NCBI GenBank assembly: GCA_020347685.1
Contig: CP070738.1
Coordinates: forward strand, 2,038,986-2,084,926
DNA length: 45,941 nucleotides
DNA from: Gammaproteobacteria bacterium
Lineage (GTDB): Bacteria > Pseudomonadota > Gammaproteobacteria > DSM-19610
Direction of reading: 5' to 3'
The notes beneath the pieces are model-generated. The model did no database searches and was not told where the DNA came from. It saw nothing but the letters and a program-made list of their open reading frames with translations. This document shows, in pieces, positions 1 through 11,562 of this stretch. How positions within the stretch are numbered: position 1 is the first letter of the stretch; each line of letters begins with the position of its first letter. Made by a program: the position numbers and the translations under genes.

Positions 1-873
1 AGCGATGTCAGCGCATTTGACTCGGCTGTGCGCGGACATGCCAGGCTGTTGATGAGCAACCTTGCGCGTGCGCTGTTTCATGGCCTGAGCGGCTCGCACT
101 GGGCGCAGGCGCCGGTTGAGGGGCAAGAAGCGATCCACTATCGGGAGCTTACGCGCATGAGCGCCGTGCTTGCGGTTTCTTCGGAAGCAGCGCTGCTGAC
201 GCTGGGCGGAGAGCTGAAACGCAGGGAGTCTTTGTCGGCCCGCCTTGGTGACGCCCTGAGTTGCCTGTATATCGCCTCCGCCGCCCTGAAACGCTTTGCC
301 GATCAGGGACGGCAGCCAGCGGACCGGCCCTTAGTCGCCTGGGTAGTGCGCGACGCCTTGTACCGCGCGCAGCAGGCGGTGTTCGAAGTCTATGACAATT
401 TCCCCATACCGTGGCTGGGCCGCGTGTTGCGGTGGACTCTGTTTCCTTATGGGGCGGTCCATCGTCCGCCGGAAGATACGCTGGTAGCGCATGCTGCCGA
501 TGTTATCCTGCGTTCCGGCGAGGCTCGCGAGCGCCTTACCGACGGTCTGTACCTGCCCGATGAATCATCGGAGCCGTTGGCGCAGCTGGAGGTGGCCCTT
601 CGGGCTGCGACGAGCGCGCAACCGGTCCTGGCGCAGTTGCGAAATGCCATGCGCAGTGGTCAACTTGCAGGCGGAGATCCTGAGCAGTGTCTGATGGAGG
701 GGATTTCAGCCGGCGTCATCAACGAGACCGAAGCGGCGCTTGTGAGTGCGGCTGTTACCGCACGTCGTCGGGTGATTGATGTAGACGAATTTCCGGCCGG
801 CTACTGGGCAGAGGAGCCCGATTCATGTCAGCACAAACCAGTACCATCGCCAAGGGCCGCCCGGTCTACATAA
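1..873 (+). CDS. fadE: Acyl-CoA dehydrogenase FadE-type, C-terminal part (5' truncated by window edge)
   Basis: Frame is open from base 1. LGGELKRRESLSARLGD...LY and terminal RRRVIDVDEF resemble the FadE C-terminal (DUF1974) region. First gene of the beta-oxidation operon. Confidence 0.88.
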   Translation, partial: SDVSAFDSAVRGHARLLMSNLARALFHGLSGSHWAQAPVEGQEAIHYRELTRMSAVLAVSSEAALLTLGGELKRRESLSARLGDALSCLYIASAALKRFADQGRQPADRPLVAWVVRDALYRAQQAVFEVYDNFPIPWLGRVLRWTLFPYGAVHRPPEDTLVAHAADVILRSGEARERLTDGLYLPDESSEPLAQLEVALRAATSAQPVLAQLRNAMRSGQLAGGDPEQCLMEGISAGVINETEAALVSAAVTARRRVIDVDEFPAGYWAEEPDSCQHKPVPSPRAARST

Positions 874-2138
874 TCGACGGCAGCCGCACGCCATTCCTGC
901 GCGCGCGCGGCAAACCGGGGCCCTTTCATGCAGCTGACCTCGCTTTCCAGGCGGGGCGCGCGCTGCTGTTTCGTCAACCGTTTTCCGCCTCCGTATTGGA
1001 CCAGGTTATCCTTGGCTGTGTGATGCCGGGGCCGGACGAGGCCAACATTGCGCGCGTAGTCGCGCTGCGTCTGGGCTGTGGTGACAAGGTTCCCGCGTGG
1101 ACGGTACAGCGAAACTGCGCTTCCGGTATGCAGTCGATCGACTGTGCAGCCCATGATATTGCGGCCGGGCGCTCGGATCTGGTGCTGGCGGGCGGCGTCG
1201 AAGCCATGAGCCACGCCCCCTTGCTGTTCGGCAATGCCATGACCGGTTGGCTGGGTGCACTGCGCAACGCCCGTAGCCCGATCAAGAAGCTGCAAGCGAT
1301 GGCTGCATTCCGTCCGGCGTACCTGAAACCGGTCATCAGTCTGTTGCGCGGGCTGACCGATCCGATCGTAGGGCTCAGCATGGGGCAGACCGCGGAAGTG
1401 CTGGCGCATCGCTTCGACATCGGTCGGGAACAAATGGATGCGTTTGCGCTGCGCAGCCATCAGCGCCTATCCGACGCGATGCGCGACGGGCATCTCGACG
1501 AAATCGAGGTGATTTATGCTCACGATGGGCGCTTTCATGATGCCGACGACGGCTTGCGCGATGACAGTAGCATGGAAAAACTGGCCAAACTCAAGCCCGC
1601 ATTCGATCGGCCGTTCGGTAACGTCACGGCTGGCAACAGTGCGCAGATCACCGACGGGGCTGCATGCTTGCTCATGGCATCCGAAGAGGCGGTGCGCGAA
1701 TACGGGCTGGCGGTAATGGGCCAGCTCAAGGACAGCGCGTGGGCCGGACTGAATCCCGAGGAAATGGGGCTCGGCCCCGTCCATGCGATGGCCCCGATCC
1801 TGGCACGCAACCATTACGACAGCGGCGATATTGATTACTGGGAAATCAATGAGGCGTTTGCTGCCCAGGTGCAGGCCTGCCTGATGGCATGGCAGGACGA
1901 GCGATTCTGTACCGACGTGCTGGGCATGGATGGCGCATTCCGTGCTATCGACGAGGAACGCCTGAACACGGATGGTGGTGCCATCGCGATCGGTCACCCC
2001 GTCGGCGCCAGCGGTGCACGCATTGTCCTGCACCTGCTCAAGACGCTGCAGCGGACCGATAGCCGGCGCGGGATTGCCAGCCTGTGCATCGGCGGTGGAC
2101 AAGGTGGCGCCATGCTGCTGGAGAGAGTCGACTCATGA
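825..2138 (+). CDS. Acetyl-CoA C-acyltransferase (3-ketoacyl-CoA thiolase, FadI/FadA-like)
   Basis: Thiolase motifs RTPF, RNCASG (catalytic Cys), EINEAFA, GHPVGASG, LCIGGGQG. GAGGAG SD upstream. Confidence 0.95.
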   Translation: MSAQTSTIAKGRPVYIIDGSRTPFLRARGKPGPFHAADLAFQAGRALLFRQPFSASVLDQVILGCVMPGPDEANIARVVALRLGCGDKVPAWTVQRNCASGMQSIDCAAHDIAAGRSDLVLAGGVEAMSHAPLLFGNAMTGWLGALRNARSPIKKLQAMAAFRPAYLKPVISLLRGLTDPIVGLSMGQTAEVLAHRFDIGREQMDAFALRSHQRLSDAMRDGHLDEIEVIYAHDGRFHDADDGLRDDSSMEKLAKLKPAFDRPFGNVTAGNSAQITDGAACLLMASEEAVREYGLAVMGQLKDSAWAGLNPEEMGLGPVHAMAPILARNHYDSGDIDYWEINEAFAAQVQACLMAWQDERFCTDVLGMDGAFRAIDEERLNTDGGAIAIGHPVGASGARIVLHLLKTLQRTDSRRGIASLCIGGGQGGAMLLERVDS

Positions 2139-4201
2139 CGACCACGAAAGCAGGTTCGAATCTGTACGCGGAGATTGATCAGGACAATATCGCCTGGCTG
2201 CATTTCGATACCCAGGGCAGCGGCACGAACGTGCTCTCGGCCGCGGTGCTGGAAGATTTCTACAAGCAACTGCTCGACATGGAAGCACGGTCACCACGTG
2301 GCCTGGTGATCGTATCGGACAAGCCGAACGGGTTCATCGCCGGGGCCGACGTGCGCGAGTTTACACGACTGGAAAACCGCGCCCAGGCACTGGATGCCAT
2401 CCAGCGCGGCCAAGCGGTGTTCGACCGCCTGGCGGCATTGCCGTTCCCAACTGTTGCCGTGATGCACGGCTTCTGCCTTGGCGGAGGACTGGAGCTCGCC
2501 CTGGCGTGTCGCTACCGGGTTGCGCGCGACGACAGTGCAACGCGACTCGGTCTTCCCGAGGTCAGGCTGGGTATTCACCCGGGCTTTGGTGGCTCGGTGC
2601 GTCTGACCACACTGGTCGGCGCCCTCGGCGCCATGGATCTGATGCTGTCGGGACGCACAGTGGATGCACGAACAGCGCGGCGCATGGGGTTGGTCGATCA
2701 TGCGGTTCCGCAACGGCACCTGAAAACGGCAGCGCGGGCCCTGGTTCTCGACCCGCCGTTTCCGCACCGGCCCGGCAGGTTACAGGCGCTCAGCAGCCAC
2801 GCCTGGGTACGGCCGCTGGTTGCGAAGCTGTTGCACCGTCGTGTCGCGGCAAAAGCGCGCCCTGATCACTATCCGGCGCCTCATGCCCTGATCGAGCTGT
2901 GGCTGCAGCATGCCGATCAGGAACGCGCCATGATGCACGCCGAGGCCGAATCGGTGGCCAACCTGATCGTCGGCCCGGCGGCACAGAACCTGATTCGGGT
3001 GTTTCTTCTGCAAGAACAGCTCAAGGCACTGGGCCGGGATGCAGTTTTTCACGCTGAACACGTGCACGTTGTGGGTGCCGGCACCATGGGAGGTGATATT
3101 GCCGCGTGGTGTGCGCTACGCGGCATAAAGGTCACACTGGCGGATCAATCGCCGGAGCGAATCGCGCCGGCCATCAAGCGAGCCTACAAGCTGTTTAGAC
3201 GCCGCCTGAAGCAGCCCAGGCTGATCCAGCAAGCGATGGATCGGCTGATGCCGGATCACCAGGGTCTCGGGGTGGAACGCGCAGACGTGGTTATCGAAGC
3301 GATATTCGAGGATGCCGAGGCAAAACGATCCCTGTTCCAGAGTATTGAACCCCGCGTTCGCGCTGACACCATACTTGCGACCAACACGTCCAGCATCCCG
3401 TTGAAGGAAATCAGCGCGGTTCTCGATCAGCCTTCCCGTCTGGTTGGCCTGCACTTCTTCAACCCGGTTGCCAGCATGCAGCTGGTGGAAGTGGTGCGTG
3501 ATGTCAGCAGTGATCCCGAAGTGGTTATCAGGGCGATTAAATTCGCGCGTCAAATCGACCGGCTGCCACTGCCTGTTTCCAGCGCGCCTGGATTCCTGGT
3601 CAACCGCATACTGATGCCTTATCTTCTGGAAGCGGTGGAACTGGAGCATGAAGGGGTGCCCCCGCGAGAAATCGACGCCCAGGCAGTTGGTTTCGGTATG
3701 CCTATGGGCCCCATTGAACTGGCTGATACGGTCGGGCTCGATATCTGTCTGCACGTCGCGGAGATCCTGGGGCAACATCTGGACGTTGCCGTTCCGCAAC
3801 GATTGCGTGATCTGGTGTTGCAAGGACGTTTGGGCCGAAAGTCCGGTCAGGGCTTCTACCGCTACAAGAGAGGCAGGCCGATCAAGCCCAGACTGCCCAA
3901 GGGCTATCGCTCCGACCCAACGGTAACCGACCGAATGGTGTTGCGTATGTTGAATGAAGTGGTCGCTTGCCTGCGCGAGGAGGTGGTCCAGGAACCGGAT
4001 CACCTGGATGCCGGCATGGTGTACGGAACCGGATTCGCGCCATTCAGGGGCGGTCCCTTGCGGTATATCGAAACGCTAGGAGCGGATACCCTGCTACAGC
4101 GCCTGCAGGATCTGGAGCAGCGTTTTGGGCAACGATTCAAGCCGGATGCGGGCTGGGATGTCGTGTCGGGTTTTGCCAAACGGGAGACCAGCGGCGGGTG
4201 A
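2135..4201 (+). CDS. fadJ: Multifunctional enoyl-CoA hydratase / 3-hydroxyacyl-CoA dehydrogenase (FadJ/FadB-like)
   Basis: FIAGADV, GGGLELAL, LPEVRLG crotonase motifs; VVGAGTMG, TNTSS, HFFNP dehydrogenase motifs. Start moved to the ATG at 2135, which overlaps the thiolase stop (ATGA). Confidence 0.92.
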   Translation: MTTTKAGSNLYAEIDQDNIAWLHFDTQGSGTNVLSAAVLEDFYKQLLDMEARSPRGLVIVSDKPNGFIAGADVREFTRLENRAQALDAIQRGQAVFDRLAALPFPTVAVMHGFCLGGGLELALACRYRVARDDSATRLGLPEVRLGIHPGFGGSVRLTTLVGALGAMDLMLSGRTVDARTARRMGLVDHAVPQRHLKTAARALVLDPPFPHRPGRLQALSSHAWVRPLVAKLLHRRVAAKARPDHYPAPHALIELWLQHADQERAMMHAEAESVANLIVGPAAQNLIRVFLLQEQLKALGRDAVFHAEHVHVVGAGTMGGDIAAWCALRGIKVTLADQSPERIAPAIKRAYKLFRRRLKQPRLIQQAMDRLMPDHQGLGVERADVVIEAIFEDAEAKRSLFQSIEPRVRADTILATNTSSIPLKEISAVLDQPSRLVGLHFFNPVASMQLVEVVRDVSSDPEVVIRAIKFARQIDRLPLPVSSAPGFLVNRILMPYLLEAVELEHEGVPPREIDAQAVGFGMPMGPIELADTVGLDICLHVAEILGQHLDVAVPQRLRDLVLQGRLGRKSGQGFYRYKRGRPIKPRLPKGYRSDPTVTDRMVLRMLNEVVACLREEVVQEPDHLDAGMVYGTGFAPFRGGPLRYIETLGADTLLQRLQDLEQRFGQRFKPDAGWDVVSGFAKRETSGG

Positions 4202-4206
4202 CGGAA

Positions 4207-6015
4207 ATGAGCGAAGAACCGAACCAGCATATTATCAGTCCCGAGCAAGCAGGCACCCTTGCGGGCCTTTTCTATGAGCGGGTAAAGCGCAGCCCCGACG
4301 CACTGGCGTACCGCTTCTATGACGAACAGCGCGAGCGCTGGTCAGACTTGAGCTGGGCCGAAATGGGCCGCCAGGTCGCGCGCTGGCAGGCAGCGCTGGC
4401 CGGCGAGGATCTGCAACCCGGTGACCGCGTAGCGGTGATGATGCAGAATTGTCCCGAATGGGTGATGTTCGACCAGGCGGCGCTTGCCAATGGGCTGGTG
4501 GTGGTACCGCTGTATACTCAGGATCGGGCCGAAAACGCGGCCTATATTCTGCAGAACTCGGGCGCCAAACTGCTGGTCATAGGGAACCAGGAACACTGGG
4601 ACAGCCTGCAACCTGTGATGGCTGAGCTTGGGTTCCTTGGCAGAATTGTCAGTCTCAGACACATCGACACCGCAGGGCATGCGGACAGGCGGCTCAAGAC
4701 TGCCGGCGCGTGGCTGCCCGATACGGCGGAGCTGGTGCGTGTCGCATGGGATAAGGACAGCCTGGCAACCATAGTCTACACCTCGGGTACCACCGGGCGT
4801 CCCAAAGGGGTGATGCTCAGCCACCATAATATTCTCTGGAATGCCCATCGCAGTCTACAGGTAGTGAGTTGCCACCCCGATGACCTGTTTCTCTCGTTCC
4901 TGCCGTTATCGCATACCCTGGAGCGTACCGCCGGATATTATTTGCCGATGATGGCGGGTGCGGCGGTTGCCTACAACCGCGCTATCACGCTTCTGGCCGA
5001 CGACCTGCTGGCGGTCAGACCAACGGTGCTCATGTCCGTTCCGCGTATCTTCGAGCGGGTCTACAACAAGATCCAGACCGGGCTGGAGGAAAAGTCGCCA
5101 CTGGCGCGCGCCCTTTTCCGGCTTGCTGTCGATACCGGCTGGCAGCGGTTCGAACACCAGCAGGGGCGCGCCGGCTGGAGTCCCCGGCTGCTACTGTGGC
5201 CACTTCTGTACAGCATTGTTGGCCGCAAGGTTATGGCCAAGCTGGGCGGACGCATGCGTCTGGCCGTGGTTGGGGGTGCGCCTCTGTCCCTGGGCGTGGC
5301 GCAAATGTTCATCGGGCTGGGCCTGCCAATGGTCCAGGGCTACGGTCTGACGGAGACCAGCCCGGTCATCAGCGTGAATCCACTGGAGAATAATGACCCG
5401 GCCAGTGTGGGTTGTCTGCTGCAGGATGTGGAAGCCCGTATCGGGGACAACGAGGAGCTGTTAATGCGTAGTCCGGGCGTGATGCTCGGCTACTGGGCCA
5501 ATGAAAAGGCGACCCGCGAAGTCATCGACCAGGAGGGTTGGTTGCACACCGGGGACAAGGCGCGTATCGAAAACAACCAGATCTATATTACCGGCAGGTT
5601 AAAAGAAATAATCGTGCTGGCCAACGGCGAGAAAGTGCCTCCGGCGGACATGGAAATGACCATCTGCATGGACCCGCTGATTGATCAGGCGATGGTTGTG
5701 GGCGACAACCGACCCTATCTGACCGCCCTGCTGGTCATTAATCCGGAGCAGTTCGATTTCATCTGCAGGGAGCTCGGGCTGGCACCCTGCGATTCGAGCG
5801 CGTGTGCCAGTTCGCGTGTCAATCAGTTCGTGCTGGAAAGGGTGGCGAAGCGGATAAGCTCGTTTCCCGGCTACGCCAGAATCCACAGGGTTAAGTGCAT
5901 GCTGGAGCCCTGGACCATCGAAGACGGGCTGATTACGCCCACACTCAAGCTGAAACGCGACAAGGTCTACCAGCGTTTCCAAGCGGAGATTGACGCCATG
6001 TACAGCAGCCGCTGA
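4207..6015 (+). CDS. Long-chain fatty acid--CoA ligase (AMP-binding family)
   Basis: YTSGTTGRPKG, GYGLTETSP, GWLHTGD, ITGRLKE and TPTLKLKR motifs. Start placed at the ATG at 4207, just after the fadJ stop. Confidence 0.93.
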   Translation: MSEEPNQHIISPEQAGTLAGLFYERVKRSPDALAYRFYDEQRERWSDLSWAEMGRQVARWQAALAGEDLQPGDRVAVMMQNCPEWVMFDQAALANGLVVVPLYTQDRAENAAYILQNSGAKLLVIGNQEHWDSLQPVMAELGFLGRIVSLRHIDTAGHADRRLKTAGAWLPDTAELVRVAWDKDSLATIVYTSGTTGRPKGVMLSHHNILWNAHRSLQVVSCHPDDLFLSFLPLSHTLERTAGYYLPMMAGAAVAYNRAITLLADDLLAVRPTVLMSVPRIFERVYNKIQTGLEEKSPLARALFRLAVDTGWQRFEHQQGRAGWSPRLLLWPLLYSIVGRKVMAKLGGRMRLAVVGGAPLSLGVAQMFIGLGLPMVQGYGLTETSPVISVNPLENNDPASVGCLLQDVEARIGDNEELLMRSPGVMLGYWANEKATREVIDQEGWLHTGDKARIENNQIYITGRLKEIIVLANGEKVPPADMEMTICMDPLIDQAMVVGDNRPYLTALLVINPEQFDFICRELGLAPCDSSACASSRVNQFVLERVAKRISSFPGYARIHRVKCMLEPWTIEDGLITPTLKLKRDKVYQRFQAEIDAMYSSR

Positions 6016-6414
6016 TCAGCTCGTCTTTGCGGCTGCTGCGCTGTGGCTGAGTGAGGCTGCCGGCGACAGGGGCGTGCGCGCCAGCCGCCGTCGTTCGCGC
6101 CTCTGGTAGAACATCAGGTCCTGAATGATAGCCTCGGCAACAAAATCATGCTCCGCGAATTCAAGCGCTACTTTTTCCTGCTCGAAACGGATCACCCGCG
6201 CGTAGATTTTTCGATACAGGGTCTCGTTGCCGGTCCAGATTTTGAAATTCAGGATCACCGACCGCTGTTGTCGTGGTACTTCGCCTTCCCATAAGGTCAG
6301 AGATATGCCGGTCGTGCTGATGTTTTCCGCGTAACCGCGGCAGCGGCCAAATCCAGGGTGTGCGATTTCGATATCGACCTGGATACGGTTGCGTTGCGCT
6401 TTTCTTCGTTCCAC
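6016..6414 (-). CDS. Stand-alone PilZ-domain protein (putative c-di-GMP receptor)
   Basis: ERRKAQR (RxxxR) and NISTTG (N/DxSxxG) motifs, and an ARVIR...VALEF C-terminal pattern. GTG start at 6414 is a guess; the ORF track extends to 6528. Confidence 0.8.
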   Translation of the reverse strand: MERRKAQRNRIQVDIEIAHPGFGRCRGYAENISTTGISLTLWEGEVPRQQRSVILNFKIWTGNETLYRKIYARVIRFEQEKVALEFAEHDFVAEAIIQDLMFYQRRERRRLARTPLSPAASLSHSAAAAKTS

Positions 6415-6610
6415 TGTTGGGCCTGCTGGTGTTTGGTCAGGTATGGCTTCACCATGGCGGCAAAGCAACACGCAATAAGGGCAGACTCCTGGCCCCTTCC
6501 CTGCATCGTCCTGACGCGCCCCGGGCATTTCACCTGGTCGTGGTTGGACAGAATGTCCATTACCTGCGGAATGTTGTGACTCACCAGAAAAACTGTGTCC
6601 TGGTTCACCG

Positions 6611-6637
6611 TTAACGGCCAGAAAAGGCGCGGCTTTA
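6611..6637 (-). promoter_or_regulatory. Putative sigma28 (FliA) promoter for the PilZ gene
   Basis: Minus strand TAAA-N15-GCCGTTAA against the consensus TAAA-N15-GCCGATAA (one mismatch). Confidence 0.65.
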
Positions 6638-6718
6638 TAGCGAAACAGAGGACTTGAACAGCGTATTTGTTGTGAGAGTATTTATTAACAATAATCTCTA
6701 ATACATTGTTTTATAGTT

Positions 6719-7495
6719 TTAATTATTCTTGGCGCCGGGAAACAACCGGTAAAAATTATCCGTGGTCGTCTGTGCGATCTGAGCAAACGATTCGTTGCGC
6801 AATTCGGCGATATATTCAGCAACATAACGAACGTAAGCGGGGCGGTTGCTTTTACCACGTTTGGGGACCGGGGCGAGATACGGGGAATCGGTCTCCACCA
6901 GCATCAGGTCAGCCGGCATTTTTTGTGCGACCTCCTTGATCTGCAGAGCATTCTTGAATGTCACTATCCCGGAGAAAGAAATACGGAAATTAAGGTCCAT
7001 GGCCGCGCGCGCCATTTCCCAGTCCTCCGTAAAGCAATGCAGCACGCCCCCGACATCGGCTGCCTGCTCCTCCTGAAGAATCCGCAGGGTGTCATCGCGC
7101 GCTTCCCGGGTATGCACAATCAGCGGCTTTTCGGCGGCGCGCGCGGCCCGGATGTGGCGCCGGAAGCGCTCGCGTTGCCACCCCGTGTCCCCCTCGGTTC
7201 GATAGTAGTCGAGGCCGGTTTCCCCGATGGCAACGATGCGAGGATGTTTTGCCAGCTCGAGGAGACGCTCTTCATCGGGATCCTCTACGTCGATACCATC
7301 GGGATGTACACCTACTGATGCAGATACCTGCCGATGCGGTTCAATCAACTGCATCATGGCCGGAAAACGCTCGAGGCTGACCGAAACGCAAAGCATGTGC
7401 TCGATGCCGGCTTCACTGGCTTCATCCAGCACGCGAGAGAGTGGTTCCTGATCGAGTCGCAGCAGGTCCAGATGACAGTGGGAGTCGACGAGCAT
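6719..7495 (-). CDS. TatD family hydrolase (YcfH-like)
   Basis: DSHCH, VGVHP, IGETGLDY, HTRE, HCF and ETDSPYLAP motifs. Canonical position after holB-pilZ. Confidence 0.95.
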   Translation of the reverse strand: MLVDSHCHLDLLRLDQEPLSRVLDEASEAGIEHMLCVSVSLERFPAMMQLIEPHRQVSASVGVHPDGIDVEDPDEERLLELAKHPRIVAIGETGLDYYRTEGDTGWQRERFRRHIRAARAAEKPLIVHTREARDDTLRILQEEQAADVGGVLHCFTEDWEMARAAMDLNFRISFSGIVTFKNALQIKEVAQKMPADLMLVETDSPYLAPVPKRGKSNRPAYVRYVAEYIAELRNESFAQIAQTTTDNFYRLFPGAKNN

Positions 7496-7634
7496 GGCAT
7501 TTCCCCGGGATAAACTCAGACGGGATCATCAACATCGATAGCGGAGACAGCGCACCACAGGTAATCGGCCAGTCTGGCGGCAGCCAAAAGAACCAAGAAC
7601 CGATCAGACCTTGAAGGAGGTGCCCCCAGCGGGA

Positions 7635-7994
7635 TTACATTGTATGGGTCGGGCGATCCGCTGTTAATGCCCCGGCGAGGTACGTCTCAATCTTTTTCTG
7701 TGCCGTGCCACCGTCGGAATCACTGAACTGGACGCCGATACCGGCCGCACGCGAACCCTGGGCGCCCTTGGGCGTTATCCAGATGATCTTACCCGCCACC
7801 GGGATTTTCTCCGGTTCATCCATGAGGGTAAGCAGCATGAATACTTCATCCCCCAGCTGATAGGTTTTGTTGGTGGGGATAAACAGACCGCCGTTTTTCA
7901 CATACGGCATATAGGCGGCGTACAGCGCGCTTTTATCCTTAATGGTTAGTGACAAGATGCCCTGTCGGGCTGCGCCACCAGGTTTCATCGACAT
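7635..7994 (-). CDS. pilZ: Type IV pilus assembly protein PilZ
   Basis: ILSLTIKDKSALYAAYMPY..NGGLFIPT and terminal RPTHTM. holB-pilZ-tatD synteny. Confidence 0.95.
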   Translation of the reverse strand: MSMKPGGAARQGILSLTIKDKSALYAAYMPYVKNGGLFIPTNKTYQLGDEVFMLLTLMDEPEKIPVAGKIIWITPKGAQGSRAAGIGVQFSDSDGGTAQKKIETYLAGALTADRPTHTM

Positions 7995-8002
7995 AACACC
8001 TG

Positions 8003-9019
8003 TTACCCGTTGCCTGCCCTGCTACCGTTTTTGCCCATCGCACCCATTCCGGCCCAGTTGATCAGGAGGTCCTCCAGAATCAGTTGCCGGTTGAGGCCCG
8101 ATCCCAGACCGTTCAGCGCCCTGATTACCTGGTCGGCAAGATTGCATATCTGCCGCGAGTCTACCGATTCTGAGATTTTTTGCAATTTCTGGACCGCTTC
8201 CACGTCGGCGGGCTGCCGCCGGCCCATTTGCCAGCTGATCAGGTCCCGTAGCCATCGCAGCCACCAGTGCAGGGTCTGTGATTCCTGCTTTCCCAGCCAT
8301 TGCCCCGCCAGCAGTACCGGATCCAGTCGCCCGGAGAATACCTGCCACAACTCCTCGAGGCGCTGCTCGCGCAGTTCGCCCAGATCTGAGCCGGCCAATT
8401 CCAGTGCCTTTAACGGCGCGCCGCCGGCCATCTGTAAGCATCGGGTAGCGACGTCCGCGGGCACACCGCTCGATTCGAGCCAACGCTGCGCAACCGATTG
8501 CTGCGGCAGTATCAGCCGCAGCTGCTGGCAACGGCTGCGTATGGTCGCCGGCAGCTTGCCCGGTAACGCGGTCAACAGTATCAGCAAGGTGTTGTGAGTC
8601 GGTTCCTCCAGCGTTTTCAGCAGGCTGTTGGCGGCGTTGGTGTTCATGGCGTCGGCGGGATGGATAATAGCCACCTTGTGACCACCAGCATGACTGGTCA
8701 TGCCCAGTTCCGTGCACAGGGAGCGGACCTGGTCGACCTTGATCGCTTTGCCGGCTTCTTCGGGGCTCAGTTGCAGCAGATCGGGATGGGTACCGGCCTG
8801 CAGCCACGCACACGCGGCACAGCGGCCGCACGCCTGTCCATCGACCAGCGGTGTCTCGCACAACAGGGAATGCGCGAGCTGCGATGCGAATACCTGTTTG
8901 CCGACGCCCTCTGCCCCGATGATCAGCAACGCGTGCGGCAAGCGGCCCTGGTTGCGGACCTGGTTGAGTTGGTGCCACGTGGCGTCAAGCCACTCCAGCA
9001 TTTGGTGTACCTCACTCAT
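8003..9019 (-). CDS. holB: DNA polymerase III subunit delta'
   Basis: HALL..GVGK, zinc Cys cluster C..CGRCAAC, HPD, AANSLLKTLEEP and TIRSRC motifs. Confidence 0.96.
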   Translation of the reverse strand: MSEVHQMLEWLDATWHQLNQVRNQGRLPHALLIIGAEGVGKQVFASQLAHSLLCETPLVDGQACGRCAACAWLQAGTHPDLLQLSPEEAGKAIKVDQVRSLCTELGMTSHAGGHKVAIIHPADAMNTNAANSLLKTLEEPTHNTLLILLTALPGKLPATIRSRCQQLRLILPQQSVAQRWLESSGVPADVATRCLQMAGGAPLKALELAGSDLGELREQRLEELWQVFSGRLDPVLLAGQWLGKQESQTLHWWLRWLRDLISWQMGRRQPADVEAVQKLQKISESVDSRQICNLADQVIRALNGLGSGLNRQLILEDLLINWAGMGAMGKNGSRAGNG

Positions 9020-9024
9020 TGGCG

Positions 9025-10716
<1,692 letters not shown>

Positions 10717-10720
<4 letters not shown>

Positions 10721-11562
10721 GATGGATACCAGTTACCCTCGTCGGAGTCACGGTAGCTGATCAAGGCATCTGCAAGTGCCGGGGTTAACGGGCCGATTGG
10801 ATAATCGGCGAGCCCGTCTATCACGCGTACCGGCCAGATCCCGATCAAACTGTTACAGACAAATATCTCGCTCGCGTTCCGCACCTGCTGCAGCGTGACC
10901 GGCCGGATCTCGGTCGGGAGATCAAACTGCCGGGCAAGGTCCAGAACGACAGAGCGCATTATGCCCGCTACGCCACAGGCTGTCAGTGTCGGAGTGACAA
11001 GCGTACCCTCGCAGACCAGAAAGACATTGCTCATGGTCCCTTCGATCACGTGATCGGTATGGTCCAGCATCAAACCCTCATGAATGCCCGGATTGTCCCA
11101 TTCCGCGCGTGCCAGCACCTGCTCCAGACGATTCAGATGCTTGATACCCGCCAGCACCGGCTGCACACAGAGGCGGGTATCACAGATCGTTACCCGGATG
11201 CCGTGTCGCGCAATATCCGCAGGCCACTCTGGCAAGGGCGAAAGCGTCAGCAGCCGTGTCGCGTCCTGATCCGGGTCAAAGCGATAACCCCGTTCGCCCT
11301 GCCCGCGTGTCAGAATGATTTTCAACACCGCGTCCGGTGCCTGGCCGGCGAGTTCGGTGACTTCCTGCACCAGACTGGCCCACGGGATGGCGGGAAACCG
11401 TAACCGCTGGCAGCCGCTACCCAGCCGTTTCAGGTGCCGCGCCAGAAACTCCGGCCTGGCCCCGCGCACCCGCACGGTTTCGAATAATCCGTCACCATAC
11501 TGGACCGCTCTGTCCAGGGCCGGAATTGAATCCCGGGCAATCCCGTTCACTCTGAACTTCAT
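10717..11562 (-). CDS. pabC: 4-amino-4-deoxychorismate lyase
   Basis: DRAVQYGDGLFET, GIKHLNRLEQVLA (PLP lysine), EGTMSN and GVAGIMR motifs. Confidence 0.95.

Noticed and set aside
6297-6608. Alternative 103-aa minus-strand ORF, or a frameshifted N-terminus for the PilZ gene
   Set aside because: No protein-like features, and the PilZ domain is complete from the GTG at 6414 without invoking a frameshift.
7496-7634. Possible riboswitch or sRNA in the pilZ-tatD spacer (GGAGA word, AAGAACC twice)
   Set aside because: No convincing stems or full aptamer consensus; the short repeat is compatible with chance.
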